Assembly (NCBI GenBank): GCA_016934325.1
Contig: JAFGSV010000033.1
Coordinates: forward strand, 1,959-65,958
Origin: Candidatus Aenigmatarchaeota archaeon
GTDB lineage: Archaea; Aenigmatarchaeota; Aenigmatarchaeia; QMZP01; JAFGSV01
Direction of reading: 5' to 3'
Length of the DNA stretch: 64,000 nucleotides
Position 1 is the first letter of the stretch. Each line of letters starts with the position of its first letter. Under the pieces are notes generated by a model. It was not told where the DNA came from. It was given only the letters and a program-made list of their open reading frames with translations, and did not search any database. Shown here piece by piece: positions 20,358 through 30,342 of the stretch. The position numbers and the translations under genes are program-made.

Positions 20358-20906
20358 ATGGTCGATCTTCCGATAAGGGTTGAGAACGTGGTCGCTGTGG
20401 CCCTGCTCGGGGTTGACGTCCCCCTCGACAAGCTGGTTTCCCAGGCAGACAACGCGAACTACGAGCCCGAGCCGTTCTCCGGTCTCGTCTTCAGGACCGG
20501 GGAGAAGGGCGTTGCATCGCTGATATTCTCATCGGGCAAGATAGTGTGCACGGGCGCCAAGAGCATAGAACACGCGAAGGAAGTGCTCAGGACCGTAGTG
20601 GATAAGATCGGTGAGATAGGCGTCAAGGTGCCGGCCGCATATCCTATTGAAATCGAGAGCATGGTCGCCAGCAGCAGGCTGGACTCCGAGTTCAGCCTGC
20701 ATGATGTCGCCTCATCGATGGAAAGCGCCGAATACGACCCTGCCCGGTTCCCGGGCCTCATATACAACGTCCCTGATTCTTCAATCTCGATGATGCTTTT
20801 CGCCGACGGCAGGATACTGTGCTCGGGCGCCCGCAGCGAGCAGGGGATTAAGGACGCCATCATGCAGCTTGTCGCTGGGATGAAGAAAGCCGGTGTGCAT
20901 GCATAG
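20358..20906 (+). CDS. tbp: TATA-box-binding protein (divergent second repeat)
   Basis: Two repeats: VENVVA...YEPEPFSGLVFR...LIFSSGKIVCTGAKS and IESMVAS...YDPARFPGLIY...MLFADGRILCSGARS. Confidence 0.88.
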   Translation: MVDLPIRVENVVAVALLGVDVPLDKLVSQADNANYEPEPFSGLVFRTGEKGVASLIFSSGKIVCTGAKSIEHAKEVLRTVVDKIGEIGVKVPAAYPIEIESMVASSRLDSEFSLHDVASSMESAEYDPARFPGLIYNVPDSSISMMLFADGRILCSGARSEQGIKDAIMQLVAGMKKAGVHA

Positions 20907-20926
20907 GGAATCTGGGGGTGTTTGGG

Positions 20927-21544
20927 ATGATTTCTGTTAAATCGATGCGCGCGGTCGAGAGGAAGGCGAGTGCTATGGGGATAGACGATTCGATCCTCAT
21001 GGAGAACGCAGGGGCGAACGCGGCGAGGATAGTCGATGACATGGTCGGCCTGCGCGGAAGGGAGGTCCTGGTCTTCTGCGGGACCGGGAACAACGCAGGT
21101 GACGGGCTCGTCTTCGCCAGGCACGCGCTCATACTCGGGGCCAAGGTCAGGATATACATGATGAGGGGCAAGGGTTTCCTGAAGCCGCTGGCGAAGCGCA
21201 ACTACGCCATACTGAAGAACCTTGGCCTCGCCAAGCATGACGTGGGCTTCTACACGAAGATAACGCCGGCGGTCAGCGCTGACATCCTCGTCGACGCAAT
21301 GCTGGGCATTGGCCTCAAGGGAAAGGTCAGCGACGAATACGGCAAGGCCATCAGTCTGTTCAACAGCATGCCGGGCATCAAGGTCTCGCTCGACTGCCCG
21401 TCGGGCATCGATGCCGACACGGGGAGGAGCATGGGCAACGTCGTCAGGCCCGATATCACCATTACCTTCCACGACAGGAAGAGGGGGCTGTCGAAAAGGA
21501 ATTGTGGCCAGCTGGCCCTCGCAGGCATAGGGATGCCTAAGTGA
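20927..21544 (+). CDS. nnrE: NAD(P)H-hydrate epimerase (stand-alone YjeF-N)
   Basis: LMENAG, CGTGNNAGDG, LVDAMLGIG, SLDCPSGIDADTG motifs. Confidence 0.9.
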   Translation: MISVKSMRAVERKASAMGIDDSILMENAGANAARIVDDMVGLRGREVLVFCGTGNNAGDGLVFARHALILGAKVRIYMMRGKGFLKPLAKRNYAILKNLGLAKHDVGFYTKITPAVSADILVDAMLGIGLKGKVSDEYGKAISLFNSMPGIKVSLDCPSGIDADTGRSMGNVVRPDITITFHDRKRGLSKRNCGQLALAGIGMPK

Positions 21545-21677
21545 TTAATGAAGCGTAGCATTCCATTTTCTGCCGAAATGAAGTCGCAATCTGAACAACT
21601 TCTTTGTTATTATATGACCTTTTTTTAAACAATGGGTTCGATAATACTTTTATTAGGTTCTGGATTGGGCGGTAATC

Positions 21678-22862
21678 GTGAAGATATGCTATCTTTATCT
21701 GCACAGGCTTGCGGGCAGGGGAAGCGGCAGGTACATGCAGTCCCTGCTCACCTACTTCAAGGGGAAGAGGCACCAGCTCTTCCTCGTCGAGGGCATGAGG
21801 TCCAAGCTGAGCATCCTCAGGGGCGTCTACGTGAGGTACGTCCATTTCCCATTCCAGATACCGGTATACCAGGGGAGGGCGGACGTGAAGAGGAACGTCA
21901 GGATGTCGACCGTTCCCGATTCCCAGCTTTTCAGCCTCATAAGGAGGTTCGCGGAATGGGCGGTCAAGATCAACGAGAGGTTCGGCATTGACATCGTCCA
22001 CGCGAACCACGCGAGCATAACCCCTTTCTCGGCATACCTCTCCAAGAAGATCAACGGCGTACCCTACGTGGTCACTGCCCACGGGACAGGCATGCTCTCT
22101 TCGATGGAGAGCAAGAGGAACTACGAGATCGCCAGGCTCGGCCTCGAGGAATCCGAGAAGGTGATATCCAACAGCAAGTTCACCAAGAGTGGCCTGGTGC
22201 GGGACTTCGGAATCCACAAGAACAGGATAAAGGTGGTCTATCCCGGCGTCGACACGGAGGTCTTCAGGCCAGCCACCGAGAGGGTCAAGAAGGCCGTCAG
22301 GAGGAAGTACGGATGCGACCGCAAGAGGATCGTTTTATCCTCGGGGTTCTTCAGCGAGGAGAAGGGGTTCCAATACCTCATAGAAGCGGCCAGGGCTTAC
22401 GAGAAGGGGAACGATGACATAGTCACCCTCATAACAGGTCAGGGCCCCTACCAGCGCGAGCTCGAGGCCATGATCAAGAAGCTCGGGCTGAAGAACACCA
22501 GGATACTTGGCTGGGTGCTTAGGAAGGACCTGATAAAGCTCTACGGCACCGCCGACATCTTCGTGACCCCCTCGATATGGGAGGAGCCGTTCGGCCTGGT
22601 CTCGGCAGAGGCGCTGGCTTCTCGGACCCCTGTCATCGCTACGAACATGGGAGGCATACCGGAGATAGTGACCCGGGACGTCGGGGATGTCGTGGAGGCG
22701 AAATCGGGAGCCAGCATCGCCGATGCGGTGCTGAGCAGGATATACGATGACGGTTGGCTCAGGAGACGCGGGAAAGCGGGAAGAGAAAGGGTGATCGAGC
22801 ATTTCTCCGTCAAGGTTTGCGGCAGGGAGACGGAGAATGTGTACAAGAGGGCCATAGGATAG
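21678..22862 (+). CDS. Glycosyltransferase family 4
   Basis: VTAHGT, VYPGVD, FVTPSIWEEPFGLVSAEALASRTPVIATNMGGIPE. Confidence 0.9.
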   Translation: MKICYLYLHRLAGRGSGRYMQSLLTYFKGKRHQLFLVEGMRSKLSILRGVYVRYVHFPFQIPVYQGRADVKRNVRMSTVPDSQLFSLIRRFAEWAVKINERFGIDIVHANHASITPFSAYLSKKINGVPYVVTAHGTGMLSSMESKRNYEIARLGLEESEKVISNSKFTKSGLVRDFGIHKNRIKVVYPGVDTEVFRPATERVKKAVRRKYGCDRKRIVLSSGFFSEEKGFQYLIEAARAYEKGNDDIVTLITGQGPYQRELEAMIKKLGLKNTRILGWVLRKDLIKLYGTADIFVTPSIWEEPFGLVSAEALASRTPVIATNMGGIPEIVTRDVGDVVEAKSGASIADAVLSRIYDDGWLRRRGKAGRERVIEHFSVKVCGRETENVYKRAIG

Positions 22863-22877
22863 GCGCGCATCCGCCGG

Positions 22878-23903
22878 CTATCGCCTGGATTTCAAAATCC
22901 TCCTGTAGACGCGCTCATAGCTGTCGGCCATGACCTCTATGCTGAATTTCCTCTTGACCCACCTGCGGCAGGCCCGCGGGTTTATCTCATGCGCCCTTTT
23001 CACGTAAGCCAGGAACTGCCTGTAGTCGTCCGCGATGAATCCCGTCTCGCCGTGCTTTATTATCTCGGGCACTGAGCCCTTGCCGAAAGCGACAACCGGC
23101 GTTCCGCAGGCCATCGATTCTATCATCACGAGGCCGAAGGGCTCCTCCCACCTGATCGGGAAGAGAACGCATCTCGCGTGCTGGTACAGATCGAGCTTCT
23201 CCTCGAATGGGATGAGCTTCCTGAAGATTATCCTCTTGCCGTCCACGTGGGGGGCGACGTTCTTCATGAACCACGCCTCCTGCCTGCCAGGATCGTACTT
23301 GCCGGTTATGATGAGCTTCATGCCGAGCCTCTTCGCTACCCTGATTGCGATGTCGGGGCCCTTGTGCTTGTAGCAGTTACCCAGGAAGAGAAGGTAATCC
23401 TCCTTGTCGGGGCTGAAGGTGTACTCGTCGGTGTCGGTCGCGTTGTAGACGACCCCCGCGGACCTAAGCCCGTGCATCCTCTTCTCCTGCTTCTTTGAGA
23501 TGAACACGAAGTTCGTGGCGTTCCTGAAGAAGTGGAATTCCGGGAACTTTGGCAGCAGGTAGTCGTTGTGCATCGTGGTGACGGTAGGGCGGCTGATGAA
23601 CTTGGAGCTCGCTATCCCGAAGAATCCCGCGTGGTTGTGGATGATGTCGAACTCGTCGGCTTCCCTGTAGGCGGAATATACCTGCGCCATGTTGAGGAGA
23701 TGGCTGCAGCTGCCGATGCCCGTCGCTTCCTTCACCAGGTATCTGAGCTTCGCATGGGTCTTGGAATCGCCGGTCGCGAAGAGGGTCACCTTGTGTCCCC
23801 TACTCACGAGCTCCTCCGTAAGCATGCTCGCCACCCTCTCCGTCCCGCCGTAAAGCTTGGGAGGCGTAGGCACGATGGGTGGGACGAGCTGGGCTATCTT
23901 CAT
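22878..23903 (-). CDS. Glycosyltransferase family 4 (YGGTERV subtype), paralog A
   Basis: MKIAQLVPPIVPTPPKLYGGTERV...FPIRWEEPFGLVMIESMACGTPV. True start 23903; the track's longer N-terminus is a shadow of the neighbour. Confidence 0.9.
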   Translation of the reverse strand: MKIAQLVPPIVPTPPKLYGGTERVASMLTEELVSRGHKVTLFATGDSKTHAKLRYLVKEATGIGSCSHLLNMAQVYSAYREADEFDIIHNHAGFFGIASSKFISRPTVTTMHNDYLLPKFPEFHFFRNATNFVFISKKQEKRMHGLRSAGVVYNATDTDEYTFSPDKEDYLLFLGNCYKHKGPDIAIRVAKRLGMKLIITGKYDPGRQEAWFMKNVAPHVDGKRIIFRKLIPFEEKLDLYQHARCVLFPIRWEEPFGLVMIESMACGTPVVAFGKGSVPEIIKHGETGFIADDYRQFLAYVKRAHEINPRACRRWVKRKFSIEVMADSYERVYRRILKSRR

Positions 23904-23911
23904 TGCAACAT

Positions 23912-24934
23912 TCACCCCTTCAGTATCCTCCTGTAGACCCTTTCGTAGCCGTCGGCCATGACCTTGACGCTGAATTTCCTCTCGACCCAGCGCCTGCATT
24001 TCGCCGGGTCTATCTCCCCCGCCCTCCGAGCGTAGCTGACGAACTCCCTGTAGTTGTCGGCAATGAACCCGGTCTCCCCGTGCTTGATGACCTCTGGCAC
24101 GGACCCCCTGTTCATCGCCACCACGGGCGTGCCGCAGGCCATGGCCTCCGTCATGACCAGGCCGAAGGGCTCCTCCCAGCGTATGGGGAAGAGCACGCAC
24201 CTGGCGTGCTGGTAGAGGCTGAGCTTCTTTTTCATGCTTATGGTCGAGTACAGGACAACCTTCTTGCCGTCGACGAACGGCTTCACCTTGCTTTCAAAGT
24301 AGGGCGTGTATTTCTTGTCGACCTTCGCGGCCATGATGAGCCTCCTGCCGAGCCGCTTGGCCGCCTTTATCGCCAAGTCCGGTCCCTTGTTCTGGTTTAT
24401 GTTCCCTATGAAGAAGAAGTAATCCCGCTTGTCGCCGCTGAACTTGTACTGCCCGGTGTCGGTCGCGTTGTAGACCACCCCCGCCGAGCGCAGGCCGCGC
24501 AACCTTCTCTGCTGCTTCCTTGAGATGAAGACGAAGCGAGAGGCGTCCTTGTATGTGTCGAATTCCATGGTGCCCGGCCTGATGTAATCGTTGTGCAGGG
24601 TCGTCACGACCGGCGTGGACATGTATTTGGCGACCATCAGGCCGTAAGCGCCCGTGTGGCTGTGCACGATGTCGAAATCAAGCTGGTCGTCGAATATCAT
24701 GGAAGCCTGCAGGATGCCCTTGGTCTCCCTGAAATAGTCTATCCCGACGTTCTTGCTGTAGATGTATTTCAGCTTCGCCTTGGTCCGGGAGTCCCCGGTC
24801 GCGTAGAGGGTCACCTTGTGGCCCCTGCGGACGAGCTCCTCCGTGAGCAGGCTCGCTATCCTTTCCGTACCGCCATACTTGGGGGGCGGCGTCGGAAGAA
24901 TGGGGGGGCAGAGCTGCGCGATGCGGAATCTCAT
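23912..24934 (-). CDS. Glycosyltransferase family 4 (YGGTERI subtype), paralog B
   Basis: MRFRIAQLCPPILPTPPPKYGGTERI...FPIRWEEPFGLVMTEAMACGTPV. True start 24934. Confidence 0.9.
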   Translation of the reverse strand: MRFRIAQLCPPILPTPPPKYGGTERIASLLTEELVRRGHKVTLYATGDSRTKAKLKYIYSKNVGIDYFRETKGILQASMIFDDQLDFDIVHSHTGAYGLMVAKYMSTPVVTTLHNDYIRPGTMEFDTYKDASRFVFISRKQQRRLRGLRSAGVVYNATDTGQYKFSGDKRDYFFFIGNINQNKGPDLAIKAAKRLGRRLIMAAKVDKKYTPYFESKVKPFVDGKKVVLYSTISMKKKLSLYQHARCVLFPIRWEEPFGLVMTEAMACGTPVVAMNRGSVPEVIKHGETGFIADNYREFVSYARRAGEIDPAKCRRWVERKFSVKVMADGYERVYRRILKG

Positions 24935-25000
24935 GAGAACCATTCCATAAATATTATTTATGGCCCGGGACCAATAAATAAATTCAAGTGGGGATTTCCG

Positions 25001-26077
25001 ATGAGAATAGCCCAATACTGCCAGTCCGTTTTCAACGTCAGCAGGGGAACGGAGACCTTCGTCAAGAGCATAAGCCTGGAGCTGGCGAAGCGCTGCGAAG
25101 TCCATCTTCTCGCGGGAGAGGGAGGCAGCAAGCTGGACGTGAGGGCATTCAGCGGCAGGACGCTGCGCACGTTCAGCTTCCCGTATCTGAAGAGGACGGA
25201 CCTTCCCTCGACGCTGCCCAGGGAATGGCAATACGCAGCCGAATGCGGCACATTCTACATGAAGTCCGCGTCCCATTTCAGGAGCCACAAGTACGATGCG
25301 ATCCATATCCATCTTCCCCTGAACCTCATGCTCAAGTCCGTGACGCATGATCCCATCCTGCTCAACTTCCACGGGGGCGGGTCGATCGTTTCCTATCAAG
25401 ACATACTGAAATCCACGGAAGCGGACTCGTATTGCGCATGCTCCAAGTTCATAGCGGACTGGGCCAAGAGGACCATAAGAAAGCCGGTTCACGTGGTCCA
25501 TGACGGCGTGGATCCCGACTACTTCAGGCCAATGCAGGTCCAGAGGCCCAGGAAGTTCATCCTGTTCTCGATAGGAGCGCTGCTCTGGTGGAAGGGGTTC
25601 GAGTACCTGCTCGAAGCCATGAGGATCGTCCAGGGCAAGGACAAGGACATAGAGCTTTGGATCGCAGGCAGCGGGGCCGACGTCGAAGCGATAATGAAGA
25701 GGTCTGAGCGCCTGGGCCTGCGCAATACCAAGTTCCTGGGGTACGCCATGCAGGAGGACGTGGTCAAGCTATACAACAAATGCGACGCCTTCATATCCGC
25801 GTCACCCGAGGAGCCCTTCGGCATAACGTTCGTCGAGGCAATGGCGTGCGGGAAGCCCGTCATAGCGGCGAACAACGCGGGCCCCAAGGAGATAGTGGCC
25901 AAGGGGACGGGATTCCTTGCGAAGCCCAGGTCCGCCAGCGACCTGGCCGCCAAGATAATGGAAGCTAAGGGAAGCGACCTGGTCGGCATGGGAGAGGGCG
26001 CCAGGCGCCACGTGATGAAGAACTTCACATGGAAGAGAACGGCCGATTCCCTGCTGAAGATCTACAGGAAGATGTAA
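25001..26077 (+). CDS. Glycosyltransferase family 4
   Basis: MRIAQY...GTE, KGFEYLLEA, EEPFGITFVEAMACGKPVI. True start 25001. Confidence 0.9.
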   Translation: MRIAQYCQSVFNVSRGTETFVKSISLELAKRCEVHLLAGEGGSKLDVRAFSGRTLRTFSFPYLKRTDLPSTLPREWQYAAECGTFYMKSASHFRSHKYDAIHIHLPLNLMLKSVTHDPILLNFHGGGSIVSYQDILKSTEADSYCACSKFIADWAKRTIRKPVHVVHDGVDPDYFRPMQVQRPRKFILFSIGALLWWKGFEYLLEAMRIVQGKDKDIELWIAGSGADVEAIMKRSERLGLRNTKFLGYAMQEDVVKLYNKCDAFISASPEEPFGITFVEAMACGKPVIAANNAGPKEIVAKGTGFLAKPRSASDLAAKIMEAKGSDLVGMGEGARRHVMKNFTWKRTADSLLKIYRKM

Positions 26078-27094
26078 TCATTTCTTCATGGAGGACTTGA
26101 TGCAGCTCATGAAGAGCTGCCTGTCCGAGAATACGTCATACGGCTTGAAGTCATATCTCTTCGGAACCCTCTTCCTGCTCTTCTCCATGGCCTTCCAGTT
26201 GTGCGCGATCCAGCCAAGCGTCCCCGACAGTGAAGACAGGATCATGTACTCCGACCCGTCGCCGAAGTTCCTCTCCGATTCGAGCGATATGGTCTTCCTC
26301 CAGTTCGATTTGGCCGGGTCCGGGCCCCCGTACTTGTAGAAATACAGCAGCATGGAGCGCAACATCATGGCAGTCCTGTGCATGTTCCAGTTATGGTACA
26401 GGTAGGGCGACTTCATCTTCTCCCTCTTGGCGTAGCCGCTGAGGTGGTGGACCTTGATCCCGTGGTCGTACACGAGGGGGTATCCGGCCCTCCAGAACCG
26501 TATGCTCAAATCCGGACCCTCCCCCTGGAGCGGGAACAGCTCCCAGTCATATCCCCCGACCGCCATGAACGCCGGCCTCCTGAAGGCGACGTACCGGCCG
26601 TGGAGCATCTCTATGTACGTTGTCTTTCCTACCCTCACGCGCCTGTCATGCTTCCTCGGCCTGTCAAGCTTGCCGTCGACGGCTCCTCCCCGCCAGAAGA
26701 CCCTGCCGCTCACCATGGCCGCGTGCGGGTTATCCTCGAAAGCCAGCAGCGTGTTCAGCACCGTGTCGTTCTCGACCTCTATGTCGCTGTCCGTAGCTAT
26801 GATGATCCCGTTTGAAGCGGCGCGGACGCCCATGTTCCTGGCTTTTGCGATACCGGCGCTCTGTCTTGGCTTGATATATCTGAATGTCGCGCCCTTCTCC
26901 CCGTTGGACGTGAGCCTGTCTATCCTTCGCTTGACATTGTCGTTCGGCGAGTCGTCAACAACGATGACCTCGAGAACGAAGCGGTCGCCCAGGCCCTTGC
27001 TGCCGAGCAGCAGCATTATGCACCTGCTCACCTGCCCCGGCCTGTTGTACGTCGGTATGACGACTGAGATGCCGACGGGCCTTTTCTCGTGCAT
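26078..27094 (-). CDS. Glycosyltransferase family 2
   Basis: ISVVIPTYNR, VIVVDD, AKARNMG, TDSD (DxD), EGPDLSIR. Confidence 0.88.
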   Translation of the reverse strand: MHEKRPVGISVVIPTYNRPGQVSRCIMLLLGSKGLGDRFVLEVIVVDDSPNDNVKRRIDRLTSNGEKGATFRYIKPRQSAGIAKARNMGVRAASNGIIIATDSDIEVENDTVLNTLLAFEDNPHAAMVSGRVFWRGGAVDGKLDRPRKHDRRVRVGKTTYIEMLHGRYVAFRRPAFMAVGGYDWELFPLQGEGPDLSIRFWRAGYPLVYDHGIKVHHLSGYAKREKMKSPYLYHNWNMHRTAMMLRSMLLYFYKYGGPDPAKSNWRKTISLESERNFGDGSEYMILSSLSGTLGWIAHNWKAMEKSRKRVPKRYDFKPYDVFSDRQLFMSCIKSSMKK

Positions 27095-27217
27095 AAAGAA
27101 GATTCATCCGAATCCTATAAATTGTTTTCGTGCTCATCGTTCGGAAGAGTGGGGGGCTGGAAGGCCGTCGCGGAAGGAGGGCTCGGATTTAAAAAATATG
27201 CCCGGCAATTATTGGTC

Positions 27218-27901
27218 ATGGAGGGAAAGCTGAAGCTCCCCGAGCCCCTGCATTCGCTCCTGGAAGGCATCGATTTCAGCGCGCTCACCAACTTCTACGG
27301 GGCCCCGGGAACCGGGAAGACGAACCTTTGCCTGCTTGCCAGCATCGAGTGCATCAGGAACGGCGGCAAGGTAATCTACATCGACACAGAGGGCGGATTC
27401 TCGACCCAGAGGCTGTCCCAGCTGACCCCCGACGTCGACCAGGCGCTCGCGAAGATCCAGCTCATCGAGCCGCGGGATTTCAAGGAGCAGGGCGACGTCA
27501 TCAGGAGCCTCGAGAAGAAGAGCCCTGACATGATAGTCCTCGATTCAGCGGCGGCGCTGTACAGGCTCGAGTACGCCGATCCCGACAAGGAGGCCCTGCC
27601 GGCCAACCGTGAGCTCAGCAGGCAGATGTCAATCCTCAGCAGCATCGCCAGGAACAAGAAGATACCCGTAATCGTCACCTCGCACACCTACAAGAACTGG
27701 GAGACCGAGAGGAACGAGATCGTTGGCGGCGATTCGGTCAAGTACTGGTCCAAGGTCCTTGTCTTCCTCGAAAGGACAGGGAAGATGGCCGAGAGGAACG
27801 CCACCGTGATCAAGCACAGGTGGATACCCGAGGGCAAGTCTGTGAAGTTCGTGCTGACCCAGGACGGCATAAAGCCCGCCAGCGGGTTCAGGCTCTTCTA
27901 G
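27218..27901 (+). CDS. radB: DNA repair/recombination protein RadB
   Basis: FYGAPGTGKTN Walker A, VIYIDTEGG, IVLDS Walker B, KHRW C-terminal patch. Start ATG 27218. Confidence 0.9.
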   Translation: MEGKLKLPEPLHSLLEGIDFSALTNFYGAPGTGKTNLCLLASIECIRNGGKVIYIDTEGGFSTQRLSQLTPDVDQALAKIQLIEPRDFKEQGDVIRSLEKKSPDMIVLDSAAALYRLEYADPDKEALPANRELSRQMSILSSIARNKKIPVIVTSHTYKNWETERNEIVGGDSVKYWSKVLVFLERTGKMAERNATVIKHRWIPEGKSVKFVLTQDGIKPASGFRLF

Positions 27902-28053
27902 AAGATTCGGATATTGTCATCCTGCCGCCCCGGACCTTCCTCGACGACGATGGGCCCCCTGTATCCGCACCGCTTGCAGAAATATATCATCCCGAGCTTC
28001 CCGCCCATCCATAGGGAAATGCTCCCGGATTTGCACTTCGGGCATCTCAGCAT
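27898..28053 (-). CDS. Small zinc-ribbon protein, 51 aa (not in ORF track)
   Basis: Hand translation MLRCPKCKSGSISLWMGGKLGMIYFCKRCGYRGPIVVEEGPGRQDDNIRIF; CPKC...CKRC; lies downstream of topA on the same strand. Confidence 0.75.
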   Translation of the reverse strand: MLRCPKCKSGSISLWMGGKLGMIYFCKRCGYRGPIVVEEGPGRQDDNIRIF

Positions 28054-28099
28054 CTTATCCGACCTCCCGAGCTACCGGATTCGGGACGGGGGACTCTAA

Positions 28100-30196
28100 T
28101 CATTTCTTGTCCCGCTTGGGCTTGGCTGCCTTTTCCTTCTTTTCAGCCTTTTCCTTCTTCTTGTAATAGTTGAAGCCGTGCTCCACGCAGAACTTCCAGG
28201 GCCTCTTGCCCTTGGTCCTGACCATAATCAGCCCAAGCCCGCAGAAGCATTTCCTCGTTGTCACGTTTATGAAGCCGTGCTGGGGCAGCGGGAATGAGTT
28301 GTTGCACTTGGGGTAGTGGCTGCATCCGACGAACCTCTTGCCCGTCTTGTGCGAATGGATTATCATCAGGTCCCCCTTGCCGCACTTGGGGCACTTCCCC
28401 ACGTCGTGCTGCTCGTGCTCGTACTCCTTCACGGCCTCCTTGATCTCGCTGCCTATGTGATGCTCGTGCTCCTTGAACTTCGCCAGTATGCCCCTCAGCT
28501 CGCGCTCGGCCCCCTTCACTATCTGCTCCCTGTCCTTCTTCCCGCTCTCTATGTCCTCCATGTCCTGCTCGAAGCTCCTGGTGAGCTCGACCGATATGAT
28601 CTCCGGGCAGTACTTCTCGAGGGCCTTTATGACAGCCTTGCCGAGGTCTGTGACTATGATCGACCTCTCCCTTATGTATCCCCTCTCGTAAAGCGTGTGG
28701 AGTATGTGGGCCCTGGTGGCCTTGGTGCCCAGGCCGAGATCCTCCATCTCCTTCAGTATCGATGCCTGGGTGAACCTGCTTGGCGGCTGCGTCTCCTTCT
28801 CCAGCACCTCGATCTTCTTGACCTTGACCGCGTCACCTTCGCGTATGTCGGGCAGCACGACGTCCTTCATCCTCAGGAAGGGCTTGTAGAATTCCATCCA
28901 GCCCGGCCCGAGGGTCGTGATGCCGTGCGCGGCGAACTGCTCGCCGTTGACATCGACGCCAACCCTTACGAGCTCCCTCGTTGCAGGGTCGGCGAATGCC
29001 GCCATGAACCTGTGGACTATCAGCTCGTACAGCTTCTTCTGGTATGTGTTGAGCTTCTTGGGCTTCGTCCCCGTAGGGAATATAGCCGGGTGGGCGGGGT
29101 CGGTCTTGCTCCCCTGCATCGGCTTGAGCGTGCCCCTCGCCAGCAGCTTCTTGCAAAGCCCGCTGAACCACGGCTGGCCGGAGAGCTTGGTTATTATGCT
29201 CTTGTATCCGATGGCGGGCGGCAGTTGCTGGCTGGATGTCCTCGGATAGGATATCAGAGCGTGCTCGTACAGCGACTGGGCTATGTCCAGTGTCATCTTC
29301 GGTGAATACCCGAAAAGGCCGTAGCTCTCCCTCTGCAGCGTCGTCAGGTCGAAGGGCACGGGTGGCAGATGGCTCTGCTGCGTCCTCTTGACCGAGGAAA
29401 CCCTTCCCGGCTTCCCCTCGCACCTGTGAACTACGCCCTTCGCTTGCTCATGCTTCCAGAACTTCCCCTTGACGTGCTGGGCAGTTATGTCCTTGCCGTC
29501 AACGTTGCCGTGCAGCTCAATCTCCCAGAAGGGGACCGATTTGAAGCGGGATATCTCGTCCTCCCTCTTCTCGAGCAGCTCCAGCGTGGGTCCCTGGACC
29601 CTGCCGGTCGAAAGGATCCAGTAGCCCCCCACATGCTCAAGGGAAAGGGTGAGCGCCCTCGAGAGGTTCACGCCGAAGTACCAGTCCAGGTAATGCCTGG
29701 CAAGGCCCGCCTCGATCTGGGGGAAATCCAATTTCGGCGATGCCTTGTCATAGGCCTTGACCAGGTCGGGGGTGGTCAGGGTCGAGAACTTCATCCTCTT
29801 CGCGTGCTGGGTCTTGCATATGAACCTCAGGACGTTGTACGCTATTACCGAGCCCTCGATGTCGAAGTCGCAGGATGATATGAAATCGCTCGCTCCGGCG
29901 GCAAGCTCGGAGACGTTATCGAAGTACTTCTTGGACCACGAGCTGCCCCTCTCGGTGTAGGTGGGCTTCCATTCTACGGAGAAGACAGGATACCTCCATT
30001 TCGCCCCCTTGTCGACCTCGTCCAAGACGAACAGGTGGCCCACCGCGGAAACCACAACGATGTCCCTGCCTCCCCTCCTGATCCTGTAATAGGGCGCCCC
30101 CTTCCTGGAGAGCTTCTGGACGCCTTCCTCCGCGAGCGCGTGGGCGATCCTCTTTGCCGCGTTGGGCTTCTCGGTGACTAACAGCGTGTAGCTCAT
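28100..30196 (-). CDS. topA: DNA topoisomerase IA (archaeal TopA/Topo III type) with C-terminal zinc ribbons
   Basis: LLVTEKP Toprim, CDFDIEG, STGRVQGPTL, ISYPRT (catalytic Tyr), AHPAIFPT, GLGTKATR, CPKCG...GCSHYPKC. Confidence 0.96.
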   Translation of the reverse strand: MSYTLLVTEKPNAAKRIAHALAEEGVQKLSRKGAPYYRIRRGGRDIVVVSAVGHLFVLDEVDKGAKWRYPVFSVEWKPTYTERGSSWSKKYFDNVSELAAGASDFISSCDFDIEGSVIAYNVLRFICKTQHAKRMKFSTLTTPDLVKAYDKASPKLDFPQIEAGLARHYLDWYFGVNLSRALTLSLEHVGGYWILSTGRVQGPTLELLEKREDEISRFKSVPFWEIELHGNVDGKDITAQHVKGKFWKHEQAKGVVHRCEGKPGRVSSVKRTQQSHLPPVPFDLTTLQRESYGLFGYSPKMTLDIAQSLYEHALISYPRTSSQQLPPAIGYKSIITKLSGQPWFSGLCKKLLARGTLKPMQGSKTDPAHPAIFPTGTKPKKLNTYQKKLYELIVHRFMAAFADPATRELVRVGVDVNGEQFAAHGITTLGPGWMEFYKPFLRMKDVVLPDIREGDAVKVKKIEVLEKETQPPSRFTQASILKEMEDLGLGTKATRAHILHTLYERGYIRERSIIVTDLGKAVIKALEKYCPEIISVELTRSFEQDMEDIESGKKDREQIVKGAERELRGILAKFKEHEHHIGSEIKEAVKEYEHEQHDVGKCPKCGKGDLMIIHSHKTGKRFVGCSHYPKCNNSFPLPQHGFINVTTRKCFCGLGLIMVRTKGKRPWKFCVEHGFNYYKKKEKAEKKEKAAKPKRDKK

Positions 30197-30342
30197 ACTA
30201 AGATGTAAACCGCCAAATAGTATTTAAGCTTTAAGCGAAAATCCTCGGAACGGTTAATACATTATAAATATAACTGTTAATATGAAGAACTATTACACAT
30301 CATAGCATGAAAATCACACGAAAATGAGCGAGTTTGCACAAT

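Noticed and set aside
22878-26077. Long N-terminal extensions on three GT4 ORFs (440, 529, 494 aa in the track)
   Set aside because: The extensions overlap neighbouring genes; the family N-terminal motifs place starts at 23903, 24934 and 25001.
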